From an uncultured Planctomycetaceae bacterium (GTDB lineage: Bacteria; Planctomycetota; Phycisphaerae; UBA1845; UTPLA1): a DNA stretch of 52,988 nt. The stretch covers positions 1 to 52,988 of the forward strand of contig CAYQDV010000001.1 of NCBI GenBank assembly GCA_964416295.1, in the 5' to 3' direction. Below the pieces are notes generated by a model. That model did no database searches. It saw nothing but the letters and a program-made list of their open reading frames with translations, and had not been told where the DNA came from. Of the stretch, positions 8,482 through 17,269 are shown piece by piece (positions within the stretch are counted from its first letter, which is position 1; each line of letters begins with the position of its first letter). Made by a program: the position numbers and the translations under genes.

Positions 8482-10104
8482 TCAATGTGCGTATTCGCAC
8501 TTTGCCGGAGGAACGTGGAGATCGGCGAATGCCGGCATGGCCTCCGCCATCTGCTCACGGACCCGCGCGGCGTTGTAGAGTCCGGTCCCGCCGGCCAGCG
8601 TGTAGAGGAACTGCCCGTCCCGCCGGCAGCCATCCACGGGAGCGATCGCCGCTTCGAACGGCTGGACCTGCCCCGCATGATTCACGAAAGTCCCGGACCG
8701 CTCGGCGAAAGAACACCCCGGGACGACGACGGAAGCCGCCTTGGTCACGGCATTGGCGAACAGGTCCTGCACAAACAACTCCCCGATCGCGCCGGCGGCC
8801 TTGCCCCATTCCTTCGTGACCCACGGCGTCGGGGAACCGCCCACGATCCACGCCGCCGAAAAGCCGCTCGCGGTCGCCTGTTTGACGAAGTCGTCGCACG
8901 ACACGATCGTGCCGCCCAGCGCGGCTAGGATCATCTCCACGCCCCGGCGATTGGGGCATTTCTCGGCTCGGATCGTGAACTTTGCGCCATCGCCGTTGTG
9001 GTTTCCGGGGAAGGCCTCGTCCTCGCCGGTCACCGGGACCGGCCCCATGGCGAGCGTCGCATTGGGGGCGATTTCGCGAATGAAACGCGCCAGCAGCCAG
9101 GCCTCTTCACAACTCATGAACGGCGACAAGATGGCTCCGACCTTGACAGATCCGGCGTCGGCGACGACCTCGTCGAATCGGAATCGCGCGAGTTTCGGGA
9201 GCTCTTCCCACTCCGGGGTCTCTTCATCGGCTCCACGCCGCACGACTAGCCGCGTCAGCCGCTTCGGATCGTGGACATATTTCCAGCCGAACCGTCCCTC
9301 GTCACACATCCACCAGTCGTTGACGCCCGGGTTGAACCGCGGCTTCAACCGCCAGACACGGCCTTCGTTGTGATCCACGTGGATTGTGCAGCCCGTCGAA
9401 CACCCCGGGCAGACGCTGTCGGCCCGGTTGAGGAGCCAGACGCGCTGGTCCATCAGGAAGTCCTTGTCGAGCAGGGAGCCCACGGGGCAAATGTCGACGA
9501 CATTACCCTGCAGGCCGTTTTCGAGAGGTTGTCCCGGAAAGACGTCGATCTCGGCCCGGCTACCGCGGTTGACGATGCACAACTCGCCGGCCCCGGCCAC
9601 CTCCTTGCAGAACCGCACGCAGCGGGAACACATGACGCAGCGATCCTGATAGAGCAGCGTTTTGCTGCCGATGTCTTTCTTGGGGTTCTTGTTCTTGGAC
9701 TCGACCATCCGGCTGGAGGCGTGTCCGAACTTCCGGCTGTAGTCCTGGAGGCAGCACTCACCTGCCTGATCGCACACCGGGCAGTCGAGCGGATGATTGA
9801 GCAGGTAGTACTCCATGCAATGCCGGCGGTTCTCGATGACCTTTTCCGAGGCGAAGCGGACCTCCAGCCCATCTTTGACGGGCGTCTGACAACTTGGGAA
9901 CAGCTTGGGTGCCCACCCCAGTTCCCTGGTCTTGGGGTGCGGCATTTTCATTTCCATGAGGCACAGCCGACACGATGCGACGACCGTCAGCCCCGGGTGG
10001 TAGCAGTAGTGGGGTATGTCGCAGCCGGCTTCGATCGCCGCCTGGAGGACGGGAATCCTCTCGCGGCACGTAACTTTACGACCGTCAATGATGATTGTCG
10101 CCAT
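8482..10104 (-). CDS. nuoG: NADH-quinone oxidoreductase subunit G (short form, 540 aa)
   Basis: N-terminal 2Fe-2S ferredoxin-like segment (HYCYHPGLTVVASCRLC). HPLDCPVCDQAGECCLQD and CVMCSRCVRFC Fe-S motifs, then CPGCSTGC. ATG start. First gene of this operon segment. Confidence 0.88.
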   Translation of the reverse strand: MATIIIDGRKVTCRERIPVLQAAIEAGCDIPHYCYHPGLTVVASCRLCLMEMKMPHPKTRELGWAPKLFPSCQTPVKDGLEVRFASEKVIENRRHCMEYYLLNHPLDCPVCDQAGECCLQDYSRKFGHASSRMVESKNKNPKKDIGSKTLLYQDRCVMCSRCVRFCKEVAGAGELCIVNRGSRAEIDVFPGQPLENGLQGNVVDICPVGSLLDKDFLMDQRVWLLNRADSVCPGCSTGCTIHVDHNEGRVWRLKPRFNPGVNDWWMCDEGRFGWKYVHDPKRLTRLVVRRGADEETPEWEELPKLARFRFDEVVADAGSVKVGAILSPFMSCEEAWLLARFIREIAPNATLAMGPVPVTGEDEAFPGNHNGDGAKFTIRAEKCPNRRGVEMILAALGGTIVSCDDFVKQATASGFSAAWIVGGSPTPWVTKEWGKAAGAIGELFVQDLFANAVTKAASVVVPGCSFAERSGTFVNHAGQVQPFEAAIAPVDGCRRDGQFLYTLAGGTGLYNAARVREQMAEAMPAFADLHVPPAKCEYAH

Positions 10105-10165
10105 GCGATTCCCCGCATCCGTTCGCCGGTGCCATGCGATCCGTCGACCTTCCGGCCACGCACAG

Positions 10166-10187
10166 GTTTGTGAAAAAGATCACAAAC
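10166..10187. promoter_or_regulatory. Perfect CRP/FNR-superfamily-type palindrome GTTTGTGA-N6-TCACAAAC upstream of nuoG
   Basis: gtttgtgaaaaagatcacaaac contains the exact TGTGA-N6-TCACA core (10169-10184). It lies in an AT-rich patch of a GC-rich intergenic region, centred about 72 nt upstream of the nuoG ATG (10104, minus strand). Confidence 0.45.
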
Positions 10188-10331
10188 TTGCGCGGCATTC
10201 TAGTGCAACTCCGTCGCGCACGCGAGAGCCTGACGCGTCCAAGTCTGATTGGGGAGAACATTGCCCAGCCGCGGCGTGGGATCCTTCCCACGCGAGGGCA
10301 CGCGTGGCCACATCCGGCAGGATTCGGTCGT

Positions 10332-10347
10332 TGGCATAGAGCGTGCA
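10332..10347 (+). promoter_or_regulatory. Orphan sigma54-like -24/-12 element TGGCAT-N5-GTGCA
   Basis: tTGGCATagagcGTGCAt has the exact GG-N10-GC spacing and the same TGGCAT...TGCAT variant as the flgB promoter. It lies in the 520-nt non-coding gap between lptB and nuoG and points towards lptB (antisense). About 0.4 such matches are expected by chance in this window. Confidence 0.25.
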
Positions 10348-10628
10348 TGACCTCCCCCTATTGCCTCGCGCGAGCGCCCTTCGGGGGCGGTAGGAGACCA
10401 GCCGTGAGCGAATCACGCAATCCGCGTACGATGACGTTGAGGAGACTCTTGAGCCATATGCTGCTCCGGTTGCGTGCGTGGAGACGCTCCGCGGCCGCCA
10501 GGCGCCCGGCGGTCTGTGAGAGTCCGGAGCGACCGGGCCAGATCCCGTGCTATTATGCCGAATGAGCGGGTCGAAGCCGATCGTCGAGTGTTTCGACGAG
10601 ACCTCCGGCATGGCTCGTTGGCCGACCC

Positions 10629-11420
10629 TCATGGCCGGCGACCGGCGACTGGCGGGGCCGAATGGCGTTGGTCGAACTCGTCGCCCCGGAACGTCTCGCC
10701 CAAATACGAATCTCGAACACGCGGATTATTGATCAGGTCACGCGAGGCCCCCTCGGCGATCACGGTCCCTTGGTCGAGGATATAGCTTCGGTCCGTGACC
10801 TCGAGGGTCTGGCGGACGTTATGATCGGTCAAGAGAATGGAGAGCCCCAAATCCTGCTTCAGGTGCAGGATTTCCCGCTGGAGGTCCTGGACGGCAATCG
10901 GATCAACTCCGCTGAAGGGTTCATCCAGCAGGATGATGGCAGGCTTGGTCACGAGGGCGCGGGCGATCTCCAGCTTTCGCCGCTCGCCTCCAGATAGTGT
11001 TCTGGCTTCCTGCCGGGCATTCCGAAGCAGGTCGAAGCGCTCCATCAACTCGTGGGCACGCTTTCGCCGCTCGGTCGACGTAAGGCCATGCACCAGTTCC
11101 AGAATTGCCAAGAGGTTTTTCTCGACGCTCAGCTTGACAAAGACGCTACTTTCCTGGGACAAGTAGCCGATTCCCTTTTGGGCCCGGCGGTACATCGGCA
11201 ACCGGCTGATGTCCTCGCCGTTTAACAGGACCGATCCGCTCTCGGGGACAATCATGCCGATTGTCATCCGGAAGCTCGTGGTCTTCCCGGCCCCGTTTCG
11301 GCCAAGCAACCCCACGATCTCGGCACGGCCAACGCGGAAGTTGACGTGATCCACGACCGTTCGTCCGTCATACCGCTTCACGAGCTGCCGGGCTTCGACA
11401 ACCGGAAAACTTCGAGCCAT
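10629..11420 (-). CDS. lptB: LPS export ABC transporter ATP-binding protein LptB
   Basis: Walker A GRNGAGKTT, signature LSGGERRKLEIARAL and Walker B ILLDEPFSGVDP. The overall N-terminal pattern VEARQLVKRYDGRTVV... is LptB-like. The longest ORF starts at 11504, but ATG 11420 (MARSFPVVEAR) fits the family length. Confidence 0.85.
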   Translation of the reverse strand: MARSFPVVEARQLVKRYDGRTVVDHVNFRVGRAEIVGLLGRNGAGKTTSFRMTIGMIVPESGSVLLNGEDISRLPMYRRAQKGIGYLSQESSVFVKLSVEKNLLAILELVHGLTSTERRKRAHELMERFDLLRNARQEARTLSGGERRKLEIARALVTKPAIILLDEPFSGVDPIAVQDLQREILHLKQDLGLSILLTDHNVRQTLEVTDRSYILDQGTVIAEGASRDLINNPRVRDSYLGETFRGDEFDQRHSAPPVAGRRP

Positions 11421-11763
11421 AGCAAGGTCCGCTCCGGGAGCACAGCCCGTGTTGAAAACATGTTCATGACGTCGGCGGAAACCTGGGTCGAACCCGGTCC
11501 ACATCGACCTACGAAAAACGCGGGCAGACTAAGTACAAACCCGAAACCCGCACGGGGAAGCCAGCCATAAAACGTCTATCATCATTGTTTCCAATATGTT
11601 ACGGCGGTCCGCAACCTGTTCCACCCGAACGGCGCTCGCGGGGATCGCCGCGGCAGTCGTCAAGTGGTCCGACAGCGACCGCCCGCTTCGATCTTCGGGG
11701 CCACTGTGGATAAGTCGGTCGTGGCCTCCTCAACGGCGCAAGGTCTCCCGACAACGTTCTGCC

Positions 11764-13569
11764 CTAGCGGATGATACGCATTCTGCCCACATTCGGGATA
11801 AAACCGAATGGCGTTGAGAACAGCCGGTAGCCGCTCGGCCAATAGACGAAGAAGGCTCGGCCGATCATCTGGTCGGCGGGCACCGTTCCGGGTTGATAAC
11901 TTGCCGGATCGCCGCGGTCGTAACTGCCGCGACTCCTGAGCATGGGTGCCACCTCCCACCACAATCTCGAATCCTTGCTCTGTGGGCTATTGTCGCCGCA
12001 ACAGAAATAATCTCCCGGTGTCGCACGGAGAAGCAGCGGATGACTGGCGGTCGCCCACCCGGGTTGGCCTCCGAAATGCACGTTCTGCACGCCGTTGATG
12101 TTTCGATCTTCGAGACTGACGCCGGAACTGCGATAGAACACATCTCGCTCGATCTTGAGGTGGTTGAGTTCAAGAGCGAGGTCACGGGCGGCGATATCGA
12201 TTTCAGTCCGGCTCGATTGCCCATCCCGCATTCCTCGCAAGCGGCGGAGGTCCGGTCGGTATTGGTCCGCCGTGGTCGCAACGATCAACTCATCGTCGAT
12301 GCGAAGCGCGACGCGATAATCGAGATTCTCAAACTCGATCGTCCTTGGGCGTCCCGGCACGAGTGGCTCGATCTTCCCGGATGCGAGCGTTCGAACGGGA
12401 GGGTTCGGGCGATGAATGCGGTCCGGCACTGCGCGGCTCAACGTCACCGCCCCGCTCGCCTCGATTTTGACTTGAAACACGTCCTCTCCTCGTTGGATGA
12501 GGAGCAGGAGGTAGCCCCGCGCCGCCTTGGGCGCCAAGACGAAAGAAAGCCGGACGTCCCCTACGTGCACGTTTCTGCCGTTGCCATTGGTGCCGGGAAG
12601 ATTGTAGCCATAGTGATCCTGGATGGGCTTTCCGGCCAGGTGGATCGCGTGCTCGGCGGTATCGTCCGCGGGCGGCGCGAAGAGGATACGCGGTGCCGCG
12701 GTGTTCCACGGTGAATCGGCGTTCGCATCGGGTGGACTGGGCTTCCACATCGGAGGATCGAAGGCCGGGTTTCCGCGCCGCACATACTCCGGCGCTGGCG
12801 GATAATCATGGTCATAGTGGATCAGCCAGAGGGAGTCCTGTGCGACCCGGGGTTTGCGCTGAATCCTGAGCTTCCCGTCAAGTTCCTCGCGCAGGGCAGG
12901 CGGCAAGGGGTGGGCGTTTCCCCGACCGCTGGCCCGCGGTTCAGACAGCCGGTGAACCAGTTCAGGCGACAACGCTGTCACCGGCGCGGTGTAGAGGTCA
13001 CCGTTGACGATCTCGATGACCTCGCCCGGCAAGCCGAGGAGCCGCTTGATGAAATTCTGTTCACCGTTTTGAGGATCCTTGAAGACCACGACGTCCCACC
13101 GCCGGGGTCCGAGCCAGGGACCGCCGATGTCGTAAGGCCACTTGAGCACGAGGATTCGGTCGCCAGCATCCGCGACGACGCGATCATGGCGTGGATTGAG
13201 ATGATTGTTGCCCTCGCCCGCCCATCCGCAATTCGGACAGCGGACCGTGATCGGCGCACCGAGCGTACCGCGCTGAACCCGTCCGTCGGGCAAACGGAAC
13301 CCCTCGCGTATGCCGTAGGCAAAGGGATACTTGCAGCAGGCGCAGCGGTGCTGGCCGTGCAATCCATAGAGCGTTGGAGCCATGGACCCCGTCGGAATGA
13401 TGAAGGCCTCGACGATAAAGGCACGAAAGACAAACGCGAAGATGAACGCAATGACGATCGACTCAACCGTGTCCCGAAACCCGTCCGGCTTGGGCAGGTG
13501 CGGCGTGACGCGGCCGCTGGAACCGCGCTCCGTCTCTTCGGCGACCCTCGAGGGTTGTTTCACGGTCAT
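11764..13569 (-). CDS. lepB: Signal peptidase I (S26 family), long form with Cys4 insert and ~330-aa insertion
   Basis: Box B IPTGSMAPTL, box C GDRILVLKW, box D FIKRLLGLPGEVIEI and box E GDYFCCGDNSPQSKDSRLW. N-terminal TM segment IVIAFIFAFVFRAFIV. CACC...CPNC lies between boxes B and C. Confidence 0.85.
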   Translation of the reverse strand: MTVKQPSRVAEETERGSSGRVTPHLPKPDGFRDTVESIVIAFIFAFVFRAFIVEAFIIPTGSMAPTLYGLHGQHRCACCKYPFAYGIREGFRLPDGRVQRGTLGAPITVRCPNCGWAGEGNNHLNPRHDRVVADAGDRILVLKWPYDIGGPWLGPRRWDVVVFKDPQNGEQNFIKRLLGLPGEVIEIVNGDLYTAPVTALSPELVHRLSEPRASGRGNAHPLPPALREELDGKLRIQRKPRVAQDSLWLIHYDHDYPPAPEYVRRGNPAFDPPMWKPSPPDANADSPWNTAAPRILFAPPADDTAEHAIHLAGKPIQDHYGYNLPGTNGNGRNVHVGDVRLSFVLAPKAARGYLLLLIQRGEDVFQVKIEASGAVTLSRAVPDRIHRPNPPVRTLASGKIEPLVPGRPRTIEFENLDYRVALRIDDELIVATTADQYRPDLRRLRGMRDGQSSRTEIDIAARDLALELNHLKIERDVFYRSSGVSLEDRNINGVQNVHFGGQPGWATASHPLLLRATPGDYFCCGDNSPQSKDSRLWWEVAPMLRSRGSYDRGDPASYQPGTVPADQMIGRAFFVYWPSGYRLFSTPFGFIPNVGRMRIIR

Positions 13570-13816
13570 GCGGACTCTCTCTCTTCAGGCCGATTCGGTG
13601 GCTTGAATGGGACGATAAGCCCGAGGCCGGATTCGGTCAATCGGCCCGCGTTTCGCCGCCGCGCGGCTTTCACGGGACTCGTCCGTCGCGCATGCCCACG
13701 GCTGCGCCGATGGGCTTGGCTCCCGGCCGGTTCAATCGGCCGGGTACGGCTGCGAAGCGCGCACAGCCGGCGGGCGTCCCTTTTCATACGCGCCCAACTC
13801 GGTCAAAGTTCGGGAG

Positions 13817-14743
13817 ATGGCTGCGGCGCGAAGCTCCAACACGGTGCACTTGATCGTGAACCCGGTCTCTGGGGCCGGAGCGCCGGCCCGCCGCATGCTC
13901 TCGGAGTTCTGCGAACGCCTGTCAAGTCTCGGCTTTCACGTCTCGGTCCATCGGACAGCCGGCCCGGGGGACGCAGCCGTGCTCGCACGACAGTGTTGCG
14001 AACGACCCTGCCGCGTACTCGTTGTGGCGGGCGGCGACGGCACGGTCCGCGAAGCCGCCAGCGGCATGCCGCGAGCGGGGGTACCGATGCTGGTGTTGCC
14101 CGCCGGCACCGAGAACATACTGGCAAAGTACCTCGGCATGACCGGGAAGGCGGAATGGCTCTGTGAGGTCCTGCGAGCCAACAAGCAGAGCACATTTGAT
14201 GTGGCGACGATGAATGGTCGCCCGTTCCTGCTGATGGCGGGAGTCGGGTTTGACGCAGACGTCGTGCGGCGTCTGGCCGCCTGTCGGACCGGTCCGATCA
14301 CCCGACTGGACTACTTCGGGCCGATCTGGCGGGCGTTTTGGGGATTTCGGCACCCCGCACTTCGCGTTGAGACCGACGGCGAGTTCCTCACCGAGGGACG
14401 CGGACCGGCCTATGTGGGGATCGTGCCGCGTTACGCGGTCGGGCTGAGGATCCTCGACCGGGCGGTGCCGAACGACGGCCTTCTCGATGTTTGCGTTCTG
14501 CGATGTTCGGGGCGACTATCGTTGTTGCGTCATGCAATGCGAATCCTGCTGCGACGCCACACCCGGAGCAGTGAGGTGACTTATCGACAGGCCCGGCGGG
14601 TCCGGATCACATCGAATGAGCCGATGGGGATCCAACTGGATGGCGACTGGGCCGGCTTCGGACCGGCCGAGTTCGGAATCCGCCAGAACGCGATTCGGTT
14701 TCTCGTGCCTCCGGGTTGGACGCCGAATGTGTCGCTTGCATGA
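13817..14743 (+). CDS. Diacylglycerol-kinase-family lipid kinase (YegS/BmrU-like)
   Basis: HLIVNPVSGAG start and the VVAGGDGTVREA nucleotide-binding motif, followed by LPAGTENILAKYLG. 308 aa, typical for the family. GGGAG RBS upstream. Confidence 0.8.
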   Translation: MAAARSSNTVHLIVNPVSGAGAPARRMLSEFCERLSSLGFHVSVHRTAGPGDAAVLARQCCERPCRVLVVAGGDGTVREAASGMPRAGVPMLVLPAGTENILAKYLGMTGKAEWLCEVLRANKQSTFDVATMNGRPFLLMAGVGFDADVVRRLAACRTGPITRLDYFGPIWRAFWGFRHPALRVETDGEFLTEGRGPAYVGIVPRYAVGLRILDRAVPNDGLLDVCVLRCSGRLSLLRHAMRILLRRHTRSSEVTYRQARRVRITSNEPMGIQLDGDWAGFGPAEFGIRQNAIRFLVPPGWTPNVSLA

Positions 14744-14833
14744 TCCGAAGACGCGCGGTCTGTCCGGACCCGTGACCGCGCCGATCGCCGTTTCGAACGA
14801 TGAGCCATTGAGAACGCTGCAAGGCAAAACGGC

Positions 14834-16873
14834 ATGGAGCGTCATTCGGGAGGCAAGCGCAACGTGAACACGATGATCCTGGCAGCACTGCTGGCGACAT
14901 CGCCGGTCTGGGCCGCGCCACCCGCGTCTCAGCCGACTGACAGACCCGTTCCGTCCTCCGCAACGCTGCCGGCGACGCGACCGGCCGGCAACTCGTCTTC
15001 GACCCTGCCCGAAGTTTCGTATGAGGACCTCGCACTGCTTGTTCAGACCGCGCGACGCTCCTTCCGAGAGGCAGTCCTCGGGAAACCGGAGCGCGGTGTG
15101 ATCTATCGCCCGCGAGGACTGGCCGGCCTGCGGGCGATCCTTCGAACCACGCTGCGATCGAACGGCGTAGCCCTCGTGAGCGCTCAGACCCGCGACATGG
15201 AGGTGGTCGATGCAGCCGTGGCCGTCGGGGTCCTGTTGGCACGGGCTGTCCGCGCGAGGAAAGCGCTGCTGGCCAAGCCGGAGGTCCGGTCGGGCGGCGA
15301 CACGCTCGGCCTGGAGTTCGAGTGGATCGGCCCGCCGGAGTATCAGACCGTCCAATTCGAGGATCACACGCGCTGGCCGGAGAAACTGCTGCACGCGTTT
15401 GAGGGCGGGCGCGAGGGGGTCGGCGTCGTTTTCCACGGCAAGGTCGGTCGGACGCCACCGAGCGCCGTGATCGCACGGAATCACACGCCGGACCTGGCGC
15501 TGATCGCGGCGGAAGAAATGGTTGGCCTGACGGCGCTGGACAAGGAACGGCGACCTGCTGATATCCGCTATTTTCGTTTCCAGACCTACCACCTGTGGCA
15601 GCCAAAGGCGTGGATCAAGGCTCCGTATCGCCTGATCCGCGGCGAAGAACTCGTGCGGCAGGAGGCCGTGTCCAAGGCGACGGTGGATGCCGCCATCAAA
15701 CGCATCGGAAGCTATCTGTGCTACCGACAAAACGAAAACGGCTGGTTCTCGTATCAGTACGCCCCGAGCGGTGATCGGTATCTGGACGAGGACGCGGCCT
15801 CGGCCCAGTTGCATGCCTTTCAGGCGCTCACGGCTTATGCGAAGTGGTCCGGAAGGCCGGACGTCCGCGCGGGCGTCGTGGCGGGGCTTCGCGCCGCCAA
15901 CGGCAAGTTGCAGGAGGTCCGCCACCGACCGGCCTCTCAGCCGGCAGGCCGGGCAGCGGCCGCTCCGCCTGTTGATGCCAGCGCGGGGCCGGTCCGACTT
16001 GTGCTGCATCTGGAGGGACATGGCCACCACCTGGAATTGTCCGCGCGGTATTTGCTGTCTTTGCTCAGCCTTGATGGGTTGGTCGAGGCGGCGGACGGCG
16101 ACACACTCGACGTCGCGTCGTTCGACGATGAGCGTGCCGGGCTGGTGGAAGCCCTCCTTGCCAGCCAGCGGCCGGATGGGAAGATCCAAATGCGGTTCGC
16201 CGCGCGGGAAGCCGAGACGACGGCAGACCAGGAGGAAGCAGCATGGGCACTGCTGGCGTTAGCCAAGTCGTCGGCTTGGCGTGCCGATCCACGAATCGAA
16301 CGCACGATCTACCGCGCACTACCCTATTACAGACAGAAGGTTGCCGTGCCTTCAATCGCAGGCACGCAGCGTGAGGCGAGCGCGGTGGCCACAGCGGAGC
16401 TGGCTCGGGCCTTTGCGGCGGGCTATGACCTGACCAACGATGCCCGGACGAGCGATTTTGTGTTTGAGATCGTCGACCAGTTCGTGCGGCTCCAGCTCAC
16501 GTCGGCCAATTGTCCGTGGCCGGAACTCCAAGGGGCGATCAACGTGCGAGAGCGGGGAGCGGTTGGTGCGGACACGGCGTGGTATCTGACGGCCTTGGCG
16601 GACGGTTTGGCTCTGGCCGAGCGCGTGGGGGATCGTGTCCGGATCGAACGTTATCAGGCGGCGGTCTCTGCCGCCGTTCGGTTTGTCCTGCAGCTCGAGT
16701 TTCGCGACGCCGGCTGCTACTACCTGCGGAGTCGGCGCGATGCGCTCGGCGGAATTCGAGTTGCGCTTTGGGACAATCAGATTCGCATTAATCACTGCGC
16801 CGAATCCCTCATCGCCTTGATGCGGGCCCGCGAGGTCTTGTTCGGGAGCCGATGTACTCCCACGAACCGATAG
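14834..16873 (+). CDS. Secreted hypothetical protein (weak AMMECR1-like N-region; alpha/alpha-toroid-like repeats in C-region)
   Basis: Signal peptide MILAALLATSPVWA-AP. QNENGWFSY and SQRPDGKIQ resemble prenyltransferase/terpene-cyclase-type repeats. High-GC3 coding frame over 679 codons. The start may be the internal ATG at 14873. Confidence 0.6.
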   Translation: MERHSGGKRNVNTMILAALLATSPVWAAPPASQPTDRPVPSSATLPATRPAGNSSSTLPEVSYEDLALLVQTARRSFREAVLGKPERGVIYRPRGLAGLRAILRTTLRSNGVALVSAQTRDMEVVDAAVAVGVLLARAVRARKALLAKPEVRSGGDTLGLEFEWIGPPEYQTVQFEDHTRWPEKLLHAFEGGREGVGVVFHGKVGRTPPSAVIARNHTPDLALIAAEEMVGLTALDKERRPADIRYFRFQTYHLWQPKAWIKAPYRLIRGEELVRQEAVSKATVDAAIKRIGSYLCYRQNENGWFSYQYAPSGDRYLDEDAASAQLHAFQALTAYAKWSGRPDVRAGVVAGLRAANGKLQEVRHRPASQPAGRAAAAPPVDASAGPVRLVLHLEGHGHHLELSARYLLSLLSLDGLVEAADGDTLDVASFDDERAGLVEALLASQRPDGKIQMRFAAREAETTADQEEAAWALLALAKSSAWRADPRIERTIYRALPYYRQKVAVPSIAGTQREASAVATAELARAFAAGYDLTNDARTSDFVFEIVDQFVRLQLTSANCPWPELQGAINVRERGAVGADTAWYLTALADGLALAERVGDRVRIERYQAAVSAAVRFVLQLEFRDAGCYYLRSRRDALGGIRVALWDNQIRINHCAESLIALMRAREVLFGSRCTPTNR

Positions 16874-17269
16874 TCCCGTACGACCTGTCTGCGAGCGATT
16901 CACGTATCTTTCGTGCCGCCGGAACGTTGTCCGTCCGGGCAGATGCTGCGCTGGGTGGACTCAGCACGGCTGCGGTCGCCCACGGTTCGCGTTGGCAGCG
17001 TTGGCGATCATGCGCGCGCGGCTGGGTGTGGTGTTGCGCTCCGCGGGCCTCTTGCCGACCGGTCAGAATTGCGCTGACCGACGAGCGCACATCTCGCCGA
17101 TAGAACGTCGACTTTCGCGCGTCGTTATCGGGTCTGGCGACTCCGGGGCCAACCGCTCCGTCGCCCTTGCGATGTTCTTGCGACGTGCAGCGATCGACCG
17201 GTCGGGAACACCGGTGGGCAGGCAGTGCGGATGGGATCCGATGACGCCTGACTGGAGTAGAGGCCCAGG

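Noticed and set aside
10095-10632. ORFs of 156 aa (plus strand) and 150 aa (minus strand) spanning the lptB-nuoG gap.
   Set aside because: Both are Arg/Pro/Ser-rich and low-complexity, with no domain signatures or convincing starts. I treat the region as non-coding, apart from the speculative 54-codon sub-ORF noted in the findings.
11568-11595. AT-rich patch upstream of lptB that reads on the minus strand as TTGGAA-16 nt-TTTTAT, a possible sigma70 promoter.
   Set aside because: The -10 element matches only 4/6 positions. The promoter consensus for this lineage is unknown and there is no supporting evidence, so it is not reported as a feature.
13587-13745. Repeated GGCCG(G)ATTCGG and TCAATCGGCC motifs in the divergent lepB / lipid-kinase intergenic region.
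   Set aside because: These are short, imperfect, GC-rich repeats of a kind expected by chance in GC-rich spacers. They show no clear dyad symmetry or known consensus.
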